Source of the DNA: a virus
Taxonomy: Duplodnaviria; Caudoviricetes
Reading direction: 5' to 3' (one strand)
IMG/VR virus record: IMGVR_UViG_3300012952_000022
Location: 5,515-69,514 of that record
DNA: 64,000 bases
Shown piece after piece: positions 1-10,086 of this stretch. The stretch's first letter is position 1, and each line of letters opens with the position of its first letter. The notes under the pieces were generated by a model. It did not search any database and was not told the origin of the DNA. It was given only the letters and a program-made list of their open reading frames with translations. The translations under genes were made by a program, and so were the position numbers.

Positions 1-1
1 T

Positions 2-1888
2 GAAGATCATCCGGAGTATGGTATACCTGGAGGGGTTTTTGGTGACTCAGATATGGGTGCACCATATGAGAAAGTTTTAGCTAGCCAGTCTGAGGAGAGT
101 TATGCCTCTGAAAACGGTTATGTTCCAGTGTATTATTCAAAACCATATTTTGAAGCTACAGATTTTGCCGGCGGAGAATTGGGGATTATAAATCACCACC
201 ACCCCGATCTATCCCCAGAAGAATCATTATTCGTGAAAGAAAATGGTTCGTATCATGGATTTGATTATACTTCTACTGACGGATTATTTACCTCCGGCTC
301 ATTTACGGTTGAGGCAATCTATAAGTTTGATAAGCCAACATTAACGCATTATCCGGTAACACAAAGCTTAATGCGGATGAATTCAACCATAGGTGTTGAT
401 GAACATCATGTACTCTTAACGAACCTATTAGCAATGAGAGAACCTGAATGGGATCAAGAAACTGATGAAGAGATTATCGTTGACGATGGCACGGTCCGGC
501 TATATATTCGTCCTGAGATGGATATTGGTACTGACCCTGACACTGGGCTAGGCGCCCCTAAGGAGCTTATTCTCGAGGTTACAGGGGTTAACCTATTTAA
601 TGGCCAGCAATGGAATATTGCTTATGGCCGCGAACGCGCTGATCAGATAGAAAGTGCAGTATCATCGTCATATTTCTTGAGAGTTTCTAGAAACTTTAGG
701 GGTGAGATTAGAGAGTATCATGAGGACAAGGCATATTTTCAAGAAACGTTGCACTCTGATAATAAAACATTCTGGTCAAATACGGCCACTGGAAAAAATG
801 AATGGGGAACGTTTGTTACTATAGGACAGCAAGATATATCTTCCCCCGCTGATGTAGACTACCTTGGGCTTAATACTAGCGATCCGGATGATGAACAGAT
901 GATAACACATTTTTCCGGTGAGATTGCGCAATTTAGGGTCTGGTCAAAGGCTCTTACAACTGCTGAGTTTAAGGAACATGTGAGAAATCCATTTTCACTT
1001 GGTGTAGAGGATCCTTCGAAAAACTTTAACTTTGCGCTAGTACCATCCGGATCATGGGAAAGATTAAGGATGGACGTTTCTTTTGATCAGCCGGTTACTG
1101 CATCAATTGAAGATGAAGTTGCAGATCAAGCATTTAGGGATGCCGGATTAACAAACATAGGTTGGATGGAGCTGTTTGACTTCTCACAAGCATCCATTTC
1201 AGGCTCCCGCGGCGCTCTTTGGCGAGACAGCTCAACTGAAGATGAAATGAATTTCCATATGATGGGCTATGGGTTCGAGGCTGAGATACCTAATATTAAA
1301 CCAGAGAGATTTGACTATGGTACTATTGATGCAAAGTTTGATGAACAATCGGTCGATAACAAGGTAAGGATTAGAGGGTTCGAATATACTCACAATATTG
1401 AAGAATTTCAAACAGATGTTGCTCCGGTTCATGGAATTCAGCCAAGCGAAACACCTTCAGATGACACAAGGTTTAGCATAGACATATCATCATACCAAGC
1501 ATTGAATGATGATATTATTAAGATATTTGCCACGCTTGATTCGCTAGACAATGTTTTAGGTGCACCAGAGAACGTGTTTACCCAAAGTTATCCTGATTTA
1601 GAATTTTTAAGGGAAGTATATTTCAATCGATTAACCGATAAGGTGAATATCAGATCTTTCTTTGAGTTTTTTAAGTGGTTTGATAATGCCATAGGCTTGT
1701 TATTAAAGAAACTAGTTCCCCGCAAGACTCATTTTATGGGAGTTAATTTTGTAATTGAGTCTCATATGTTGGAGAGAGCTAAAATGTCGTACAACTATAG
1801 TGATGTTTATCTTGGCGATAAAAATAGGCATGGGCTTAAAGGTACAATGACATTACAACAGTTTGTAGGCCAAGTTAAGAGGTTTTAG
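2..1888 (+). CDS. 5'-truncated baseplate wedge-like structural protein with LamG/concanavalin-like domain
   Basis: Frame is open from position 2 (EDHPEYGIPGGVFGDSDM...), so the gene starts left of the window. LamG-type motifs: SGSFTVEAIYKF, QWNIAYGR, FSGEIAQFRVWSKAL. C-terminus FFKWFD...LVPRKTHFMGVNFVIESHMLER resembles wedge-subunit C-termini of large myophages (recalled, not searched). Confidence 0.6.
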   Translation, partial: EDHPEYGIPGGVFGDSDMGAPYEKVLASQSEESYASENGYVPVYYSKPYFEATDFAGGELGIINHHHPDLSPEESLFVKENGSYHGFDYTSTDGLFTSGSFTVEAIYKFDKPTLTHYPVTQSLMRMNSTIGVDEHHVLLTNLLAMREPEWDQETDEEIIVDDGTVRLYIRPEMDIGTDPDTGLGAPKELILEVTGVNLFNGQQWNIAYGRERADQIESAVSSSYFLRVSRNFRGEIREYHEDKAYFQETLHSDNKTFWSNTATGKNEWGTFVTIGQQDISSPADVDYLGLNTSDPDDEQMITHFSGEIAQFRVWSKALTTAEFKEHVRNPFSLGVEDPSKNFNFALVPSGSWERLRMDVSFDQPVTASIEDEVADQAFRDAGLTNIGWMELFDFSQASISGSRGALWRDSSTEDEMNFHMMGYGFEAEIPNIKPERFDYGTIDAKFDEQSVDNKVRIRGFEYTHNIEEFQTDVAPVHGIQPSETPSDDTRFSIDISSYQALNDDIIKIFATLDSLDNVLGAPENVFTQSYPDLEFLREVYFNRLTDKVNIRSFFEFFKWFDNAIGLLLKKLVPRKTHFMGVNFVIESHMLERAKMSYNYSDVYLGDKNRHGLKGTMTLQQFVGQVKRF

Positions 1889-1890
1889 TT

Positions 1891-4800
1891 ATGACGACAG
1901 CAACACCCCCATCAGGCTCCGTCGATGAGTCAATTGCTTTTCGACAGGGTGTAAGTGTAGTTACGATCAAGGATCAGCTGACAGGAATGCTGCCAAAGTT
2001 TTCTGCAGGTACTAGATCTAGAATTGTAATAGATGGAAATGCTCCTGAGTCAGATGTTTATTTTGACGATTCTATGATGGGCATGGGCCCCGGAACAATT
2101 GTTCCTGAGCCGGCAGCAATATTTCCTGTTTTTTCTTATGATCATGATTTTGACGAATTCGTCGAGTTATATGATATAGAAGATCCTGGCGTCATGAAGC
2201 TTGAGGTTACTGGTTCATATGAGGGTGAGTTTGATGCAACATTTAGGATTCAAATAGCAGATCCGGATGATGATGACGTATTTACGATATCTCAACCTGT
2301 TTTTACCCCAATCTCAGGCTCTTTAGGACTTAATGACTTAAATGTTATACTTGAAGATGTTACAGAGACCGACGCAGAAGGTGAAGAAAGAGTTCTAATA
2401 GCTTCAGGTTCATATGACAGTGAACAGGGGATTGCAATATACCGGGTTGAAATCGCAACTGCCCACGAAGGTTCTGCAGATACTATTAAATGGTATAAAA
2501 ATGATGAACTACTTACTACAAATCCTGACGGTGATGTAATAACTGCAGTTAGCGGAAATGTTTTAGAGGATGGCGATAATCGTATTGTTATTCAATTTGA
2601 TTATGATGGGTATGATGATGAACATTATGGAGAGAAGCAAAAGCATACTGTAGGAGATTACTGGCATATTGTTGCAGGGACCCAGCAAATCCGATGGGCT
2701 CAAGGTGATTTTGATGACTCATTAGGTATAACCCTGACACCTATTGAGGGGACTGAGAGAAATATAGGCACGCCGACAGGGATATTACAAACAGATTATC
2801 AACACCTTGCAGATGGTGTTTATATTAAGCTCCCGGCCCAGGTCGGGTATGCTGATGGTTCTGATCCCAACGAAGAGGCACCAATCTGGGAATTCAAGGT
2901 ACGTTCACTTAAACCTGAAGCAGCTATTACTGCAATGCAGGAAGCCGCTGGTAAGATCCAGATATATCCTGATCATCGAGCTGAACAGCGTGATTTTGGT
3001 CAGCCAAAGTTTCATAATGACTTTGATGTTATGACACAGTGGCAACAGCAAGTTGCTACAGTTGAAGTACTAACGTTAGATGAAATTGGCCAACAGAACC
3101 CATCATGGGTTTTCTCTGATCCTGATGCTGACCCGTTAGTAATTGATGTTGCAGTTCCCCCTAGAACATCAAAGTATAATACTCAGCTTTACGATAGCGA
3201 ATTAGAAAATAAGAAAAACTATTCTCTTGATCAAGCAAATGCTTTAGATGAAGCAAATGGACTAGACATAAGCCTAACACCTGATCCAATGGATAGGGGC
3301 TGGCGAGAATCAACAAGTTCAGATGATGGATCTGTTGGTCCTTACTTTACGATCTATGATCTTCATGAGAAAGAGAAGAAAGATAGAAAGAATTATTTCT
3401 GGTTTAATTATGGCAATACAACCACGAGAAATCTTGCGAAGTATGATGATAAAGATCCTCGTCCCGTTTTGTCTACTGGCTTACCCATTGATGTTTCTGC
3501 AAGAGAACTAAGCGAAATAGAGTTTTCCGGAAATGATGTAGAGACCCAAGATGCTTTATATGAAATTTATAATGTAGACGCTTTAGCGGTTATTGAGTCA
3601 CCTACTACAGGGCAGTCTTATTGGTCGAATGATGGTGGCATAACAATGACAGATGCTATCACTGCACACCCATCTGGGTTCCCAACATCAGAGACGTCAT
3701 CTGGGAATATACTGTGGAGCCTAACAGGATCTGAGGCTGGGACATATACAACACCTGAAAATGCTGGGTGGGATCCGGATATTGATGAAGATGACCCTCT
3801 AACTGCAAAGATGTCAGAAGACATTAGTGGTGCAATATTGGTAGACTCCGGAGGTATACCTACCCCATTAAATGTTAATGATTGGATGATTCATCATGGA
3901 TATTTAGAAGCATCGATTGATGAACTTACATGGATGGACCGGGAAGGGTACGTACCATATGAAGATGTCTTACATGATAAGTGGTTTACTATGTATGACT
4001 TTGACTTTAGATGCTTCTTCATCAGGTTTAATGTTGTTGATATTAATGATGGATCTTGGAATCCGGATTATGATGCTGCAACTGATACATTCAATCCAGC
4101 ATCGGCTGTTTATAGAAACCCACCCCCACTAATAACACCCCGTCCTTTAGATGACAGTGGTAATGTAAAGTCTAAATCTCCTCCCTCCGCCGTCTATGTG
4201 CATATCAATCGGTATGATAAGGCAAAGGACATTACTCAAAAAATTATCGAGAGATTGAATCGTAATGTACCTTTAGCGATGCAGGCGCCTACACACCCAT
4301 TTTATCAAGGTGCTAGGGTCAATGATGATTTTGAAGCTGTACTTGATGATAATGATAATTTTATTGTTCAGGTTAACCTTAGAAAGCCAGGAAAAGTTCA
4401 GGAGTCAGAGGGCAGTACAGATCTACCAGATGACTTTCAATGCTGGTTACGGACACACGGCTCTTCTGGTTATACACAGAGAGTATTAGATGATGACGAT
4501 TTGACTACATTTTATGTGGGGAATTTTATACTATTGTATAACCCAACAGATTATTGGTACCCTGCACTTGACTTAACCACTGGCCAGGATCATAGCCATC
4601 TTGGATTTACGGTTGATGCCGCTAACCAACTATGGTCAAATGATGACGGTCTCACGACTGTAGCTACAGCAGACTTAGATCCTGCTGATTTTGGCGATGG
4701 TATGGCACCTCTTCAGCCAGTTGAGATATGGCTAGGGGGGTATAAGCCGTATGTTGGTGTATCATCTAGTACACCACATTTAGTATGGTATAATGTTAGC

Positions 4801-7800
4801 GGGATTTCTAAAATTCCAACTAAGGCCGCTAGTTCCGGGACTCAAGATGTACATGAATTATGGTCATATGACATACCAGATGCTTATGGGCCGTTAATAG
4901 AAGAAGCCGTTGAGTATGGCCACGTTTTAGAAGTGAAATGTTTTCCTCAGTCTATTGATAGAACCATGGCATATCTCACAAACAGAGAACTACAGAGGAG
5001 TGATCAATTTATAATTCCTTTTATTAGTAGTACTCCGGCAAATCAAAACATTATTAGAATTCAACAGAGAGATCCAGGGCCAATATCAACCCCTTCTGAG
5101 CTGGAGAACATTTGTCCACATGAAGGAAACTCTCCTGTTAGGGTTGCAGATGTACGGCCAGGAATTGAATTAACACAAAGGGATCGCGATTATACCTGTG
5201 ATTCAATAGTATTTGCTGTTGATGATCATCCTCGGATGACTCAACGTTTCTCAGCTGAAAAGAGGGTCGTTTATAATTACGGGACATATGATATTAACTG
5301 TGTCGCAGAAGAGAAATCTGGAAAGTTGTTTGATTTCTCTGAACAGGTATGGGATGATCCGGATAGTGATGTATCAGTTGGTGTTGGGCAGATTAGGAAG
5401 GGTGGTACATCCGACTTATCAAATTATGAACCGGTTGTTGTGGATAAGTGGTCGGATGTGCCACAGAAAGAAATTAGCGGGGAGTTTATCTGGAAGAGGC
5501 TAGAGTCTTCTATAGAAGAGTTTACGGCTGCGTCAGTTGGTTATGATGTTACAACATCAATGTATGACTCAGATAATCGCAAGATCTGGACCCACACAGG
5601 CGGGACATTCCATACTGCAAAGTCCCTTGGTCTTGAAGATGATGATCTTGGGACGGTTGATTATCCGGATTATGATTGGGATGCTGATCATACAATATAC
5701 TCACTATCAGAGACTGACTGGATGACATATGAAGGATACTTTGCTGTTCCTTCATTCACCCATAAGATAGCTAAGGCTGCTTACTTTTATCTTCCTCATC
5801 CTGACAAAAATTTCTATGTCTGGTTTGATACGGCTCAATTGTCTGCTGACCCAGGAGACGATGGGTTTTTAGATGCAGAGTTCGCACTTGATCCGGATGG
5901 GGTTGAGGACGTTAATTACAATGGTGGCGCTATTCGGGTTGCTATAGACAGTTATGATAACGCCGGCGTTATTGCACAAAAATTAGTAGAAAGAATAAAC
6001 AGCGATCATTATGATGTAGGCAAGAAACATGTCCAAGTTGGAATGAGCGGCGATGAGCCGGTATTCCAGGCCGTGACCGCAGGGAATGTTAATAAGCAGT
6101 TTTATGCAGAGATATCAGAGGAAGACTCATCTATCGTGCGTATTACATGTTTAGATCATGGACTTATTAATGTTCCTGTTTTCGAAAAAAATGCACTATT
6201 ATCTCTTCCCGTAACAGAATCAGAAGATGAGTTTACCATTACCCTTGTTGATGATGGTGATACGGATTTTTATGTTGATATAACAAACACTATAGCCGGT
6301 ACAGTTTTACCACCTATTACTGATGTGGTTGATCCTGATGCTGATACTGGATTGACAATTAACGTTTCTGAGGAACCATACACACCAACGCAGCCGGGTA
6401 TAACAAAGGTAACAAGCGCATTTCTTCCATATGAAGATATGATGAGCCTAAGCAGGGGGTACCGGCAGGTAAATGAGGATGGTGTAGAGCAATGTTTAGC
6501 CGGACCAGTGGCATACATTGAGGATGATATTGGGACTTTAATATACCCTATCATCATGTCAAATGTGAGTATGAAAGATCCGGATCAATATGATGGTGTC
6601 TTAGAACCTTTAGAAATTAGATCTCGAGCCTCTAGAAATTCCCCTGATGCGTATTTTGTTGCACATGATATAAAGGGCATATTACAATCTGATGTTGCTG
6701 AAGACTCTCGCCGGCGTTCAAACCCAATAACACAGTTTATTGATAATGACAGAACGCACTTCGAGCCGTATGAAGATGGCGTGGAACACATGGAGTCTAG
6801 TCCGGCAGTGGCAGGGTTTACAAGGACCCCAGTTTTCAACGGGGCTGGAAAAAATGATATGCTTGTACTCGGCAATTACGTAATAGCTGCCGGATCTGAG
6901 GCGGAGACATATCATATTAGATGTGTAACTGGGTATCCTATGAATGATACCTCTACTACATATGACAAGTTTGAATGGTCAAAATCAGATGGTGTATGGT
7001 CAGATGCAGTTGAATTATCAACGTCAACCACTATGGAAACAGAAGTTGTTTTAACATTCCCTGAGCTTGGTGGTTCAACAGTTTCAGATTATCAGTTTTT
7101 AGAGGTCCCAGGCGGATCCACGCAGGTAGTTATTAAGGCATATGGTAAAGGTGATATCAATGGTATTCCTGAATATTATCAAATCCAATATTACGACGAA
7201 GACGCTGCAATTCCAGGTTGGGTTGATATAGAAGATCCTGTTACAACAACAACGGTACAGCTAAATAATGCATCTCATCCGGATGGTGAAGATGCTAGAT
7301 ATGAATATCCTGCTACCCCACACTGGACATACACGATCACAGATTTTTCGGCAGCTGTATCATCAATGCCAAACTTTGATACAGATAAGGTAAAGTTAAG
7401 AATATGGGTTTCTCCAGAGGTAACACCTGGTATTGGACTGACGAATTCTGTTAAGCTCTCGTTTCTCTTCACGCGACGCGCCGCGCGTATGGATTTAGAT
7501 CATGGCCTATATGTTGTCTTTAACGAGTCACAGGGGCATAATTCCGGCGATACTTGGTGGTTTGAGGCCATAGCAAAATCACATGAAGACTCTGTGGGTT
7601 GCTCACCCCTCCCAGGCTATCTTACGTGGCAAGAATCTAGAATCCATCCGTTTGTTGAAACGACTTATAAAGAAGAAGCAACAAATGACTTAAATGATCC
7701 TGTTGTTAGAAGTCATTCCGCTACAGGATCTTTGATATTCAATTACTCTGGATATACGGCCAGTATTTTAGATGCTGATGGCCTTAATTCGACATGGGAA

Positions 7801-10086
7801 AAAGAATATCTTCGTTCACTCAACGGCCAAGCTTTTACGCTTGAAGATTCTTTAGGGGCTCAAAAAAGATTCGAGTTTGATAACGACGGTGAGTTAGAAA
7901 ATGATGGAGAAGAGCTCATCTCTATATTAAGGCCAGAAGTTTATTACATTAGGTTTCCTGATACTGATTATCATTTTCAAGAACGTGATGCCAATGGTGA
8001 GTTATTGTGGGAAGATGCCGACGGCTTAGAATTCCCTGCATCTGCACCTCTCGGTACCGATTCTGCAGGTGACCCTAGGGTGCCGTATACCGTTACCGCC
8101 TTGTTTGGTGAGCTTACTTTAGAGGAGTGGGTCCAATATTATGATTTAAGACCTCATATGACGACTGCAATTGATATATCAACCCAAATTCCGACAGCGG
8201 AACAATACGCAGGGAAATATTTTGTAATTACTGATGCAGTTGATAAAGAACAAGATCATGTCTTAAATACAATTACCGGTGGAAGGTATGCTGTCTGGTT
8301 TAATATAGTAGATCCAGACGACTTAGACGACTCCGGCGCTCCGGTCTCTTTAGCTGATGCTCCGACTTTTAGTCCTGCAATAGGAGATGATGTTGTATTA
8401 TACTACGATGAGACCGGTGACGGGTATAAGGATGCAGAAGATCCTACGCTCCAAACTGATTGGGACGAAGCCTCAGCCGGCTTAGATTCTGTTCCCGGGT
8501 TTTCAACAACATCATATACAACTGAGGCTGAGTGGGCAATATACTATGGATTGTATAGTACACGTGTTGTTAAGGTTGCTCGGTGGTCGAATGATACTGG
8601 AGATACAATCGTCCCTGCGACACCATCATTAACCGGATGGGATCCAGATCCAGCTACTCAAACAATGAGTACTAATACATCAGCACAAAGCTTATATACT
8701 TCTGATGGCGGAGAAACTATCGTTCCATATACCGGCACTCCCGTAGATGAAGAAAACTGGGTGCTAACTGGCGGGTACATGTTAGCAGAGTTAAATGAAA
8801 TTCAGTGGCATGAATATGAGGGATGGAAAAATTATGAAAAACTTAAGCCTCAACTGATTGAAGTCGTCGCAAATAAGGATGATTCGATTAAGCGCTTAAT
8901 GTCAAAAACTTTAAGAGCTATTAGGAGGTTTAAGAACCCAAATCAATCTAAGGTTTTCCGTTGTGACTATATTAAACCTCCTGCCTATAAAGATTTTTAT
9001 GACATGGATCCTGCTAGCGGTTTACCTGCAGGAAACTGGCAACCGGCGGACTATGATGATATATTATACGTTCTTTTAGAGGATACCTGGTTTAACCAGT
9101 ATTCATACGATCCAGAGTCACCCCCTGTAAAGGCAGCTTTAGATGCTGGGTGGTCCCGCGGGTACTTTACTTTAAAGATAACGTCTAGGAATCTTGGCTA
9201 TCATAAGGTAGATGAGGTTGATCCTGCATCAATATTAGGGCATGAGCCAGGGTATGTCCATCCGGATTTAATCGAGTTAACTGATGTACGTTCATTTACA
9301 TTATATCAAGATCCAGGAATAGACGCAGGTGGCCATAAAACGTTTAAGCAACTACTAGACTCTACCATTGATACGATTAATGGATCAGGCTTAGATTTGC
9401 ATGCAGCCGCCAGGTATGATGATTTTAAGTCTGGCCGATCTGGGACAAACCAAGATGCTTATAAACATGGATTAATATCAGACACAACGTTCACAGCAAC
9501 GGACGGCACAGAATATACATACGCGACGCTCTTCGGCACGGGTCCTGACACCAGCGGAGACGGCTTAGTCTCAGAGTCGGAATGGGCAACCTGGAGGGGG
9601 TTGTATAAAGCATGGGGCGATGATCCTTTCGACACTGGAAGTGTTTGGGAAGTTACTGCAGAGTCGATAGATGATGGAATTACCTTGAGCTCAAATGGTT
9701 CTGGGGGAACAGAATACGAAGTGTTTTCTGCTCCAGGCCTTTTCGAAAACATATTAGTACTTTACCCAACTTTGGCGGAGCGTAGTACTTATACCTATAA
9801 GCAAAAACTATGTGGAATAGATTTAATCCAGAACTCCCCAGGCCATAAAGGAAATACTAAAGTGACATTTCACTATTACGACGAGAGTTTTAGGGGTAAT
9901 ATTATTACAGAAAACTTTACGAATGGTTATGATGCGGGTCCATATATGAATGAAACAGTGTCTTCAATGAACATGTCAACTAGTGAGCTTCGGCCTCATG
10001 ATCATAAATCATCATCTGCAGGAATGATTTATAATGACATGCCTTGTGGTACTGATAGCATAACATTCGGGGGCTGGAAGAAGTAA
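1891..10086 (+). CDS. giant (2731 aa) acidic modular virion structural protein, baseplate/fibre region
   Basis: Uninterrupted ORF; D/E/T/G/P-rich beta-type composition; repeated modules (FxWxK...GHxxGDxW; YFxI...YVWF) and Ca-loop-like motifs; located among baseplate genes. Confidence 0.7.
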   Translation: MTTATPPSGSVDESIAFRQGVSVVTIKDQLTGMLPKFSAGTRSRIVIDGNAPESDVYFDDSMMGMGPGTIVPEPAAIFPVFSYDHDFDEFVELYDIEDPGVMKLEVTGSYEGEFDATFRIQIADPDDDDVFTISQPVFTPISGSLGLNDLNVILEDVTETDAEGEERVLIASGSYDSEQGIAIYRVEIATAHEGSADTIKWYKNDELLTTNPDGDVITAVSGNVLEDGDNRIVIQFDYDGYDDEHYGEKQKHTVGDYWHIVAGTQQIRWAQGDFDDSLGITLTPIEGTERNIGTPTGILQTDYQHLADGVYIKLPAQVGYADGSDPNEEAPIWEFKVRSLKPEAAITAMQEAAGKIQIYPDHRAEQRDFGQPKFHNDFDVMTQWQQQVATVEVLTLDEIGQQNPSWVFSDPDADPLVIDVAVPPRTSKYNTQLYDSELENKKNYSLDQANALDEANGLDISLTPDPMDRGWRESTSSDDGSVGPYFTIYDLHEKEKKDRKNYFWFNYGNTTTRNLAKYDDKDPRPVLSTGLPIDVSARELSEIEFSGNDVETQDALYEIYNVDALAVIESPTTGQSYWSNDGGITMTDAITAHPSGFPTSETSSGNILWSLTGSEAGTYTTPENAGWDPDIDEDDPLTAKMSEDISGAILVDSGGIPTPLNVNDWMIHHGYLEASIDELTWMDREGYVPYEDVLHDKWFTMYDFDFRCFFIRFNVVDINDGSWNPDYDAATDTFNPASAVYRNPPPLITPRPLDDSGNVKSKSPPSAVYVHINRYDKAKDITQKIIERLNRNVPLAMQAPTHPFYQGARVNDDFEAVLDDNDNFIVQVNLRKPGKVQESEGSTDLPDDFQCWLRTHGSSGYTQRVLDDDDLTTFYVGNFILLYNPTDYWYPALDLTTGQDHSHLGFTVDAANQLWSNDDGLTTVATADLDPADFGDGMAPLQPVEIWLGGYKPYVGVSSSTPHLVWYNVSGISKIPTKAASSGTQDVHELWSYDIPDAYGPLIEEAVEYGHVLEVKCFPQSIDRTMAYLTNRELQRSDQFIIPFISSTPANQNIIRIQQRDPGPISTPSELENICPHEGNSPVRVADVRPGIELTQRDRDYTCDSIVFAVDDHPRMTQRFSAEKRVVYNYGTYDINCVAEEKSGKLFDFSEQVWDDPDSDVSVGVGQIRKGGTSDLSNYEPVVVDKWSDVPQKEISGEFIWKRLESSIEEFTAASVGYDVTTSMYDSDNRKIWTHTGGTFHTAKSLGLEDDDLGTVDYPDYDWDADHTIYSLSETDWMTYEGYFAVPSFTHKIAKAAYFYLPHPDKNFYVWFDTAQLSADPGDDGFLDAEFALDPDGVEDVNYNGGAIRVAIDSYDNAGVIAQKLVERINSDHYDVGKKHVQVGMSGDEPVFQAVTAGNVNKQFYAEISEEDSSIVRITCLDHGLINVPVFEKNALLSLPVTESEDEFTITLVDDGDTDFYVDITNTIAGTVLPPITDVVDPDADTGLTINVSEEPYTPTQPGITKVTSAFLPYEDMMSLSRGYRQVNEDGVEQCLAGPVAYIEDDIGTLIYPIIMSNVSMKDPDQYDGVLEPLEIRSRASRNSPDAYFVAHDIKGILQSDVAEDSRRRSNPITQFIDNDRTHFEPYEDGVEHMESSPAVAGFTRTPVFNGAGKNDMLVLGNYVIAAGSEAETYHIRCVTGYPMNDTSTTYDKFEWSKSDGVWSDAVELSTSTTMETEVVLTFPELGGSTVSDYQFLEVPGGSTQVVIKAYGKGDINGIPEYYQIQYYDEDAAIPGWVDIEDPVTTTTVQLNNASHPDGEDARYEYPATPHWTYTITDFSAAVSSMPNFDTDKVKLRIWVSPEVTPGIGLTNSVKLSFLFTRRAARMDLDHGLYVVFNESQGHNSGDTWWFEAIAKSHEDSVGCSPLPGYLTWQESRIHPFVETTYKEEATNDLNDPVVRSHSATGSLIFNYSGYTASILDADGLNSTWEKEYLRSLNGQAFTLEDSLGAQKRFEFDNDGELENDGEELISILRPEVYYIRFPDTDYHFQERDANGELLWEDADGLEFPASAPLGTDSAGDPRVPYTVTALFGELTLEEWVQYYDLRPHMTTAIDISTQIPTAEQYAGKYFVITDAVDKEQDHVLNTITGGRYAVWFNIVDPDDLDDSGAPVSLADAPTFSPAIGDDVVLYYDETGDGYKDAEDPTLQTDWDEASAGLDSVPGFSTTSYTTEAEWAIYYGLYSTRVVKVARWSNDTGDTIVPATPSLTGWDPDPATQTMSTNTSAQSLYTSDGGETIVPYTGTPVDEENWVLTGGYMLAELNEIQWHEYEGWKNYEKLKPQLIEVVANKDDSIKRLMSKTLRAIRRFKNPNQSKVFRCDYIKPPAYKDFYDMDPASGLPAGNWQPADYDDILYVLLEDTWFNQYSYDPESPPVKAALDAGWSRGYFTLKITSRNLGYHKVDEVDPASILGHEPGYVHPDLIELTDVRSFTLYQDPGIDAGGHKTFKQLLDSTIDTINGSGLDLHAAARYDDFKSGRSGTNQDAYKHGLISDTTFTATDGTEYTYATLFGTGPDTSGDGLVSESEWATWRGLYKAWGDDPFDTGSVWEVTAESIDDGITLSSNGSGGTEYEVFSAPGLFENILVLYPTLAERSTYTYKQKLCGIDLIQNSPGHKGNTKVTFHYYDESFRGNIITENFTNGYDAGPYMNETVSSMNMSTSELRPHDHKSSSAGMIYNDMPCGTDSITFGGWKK

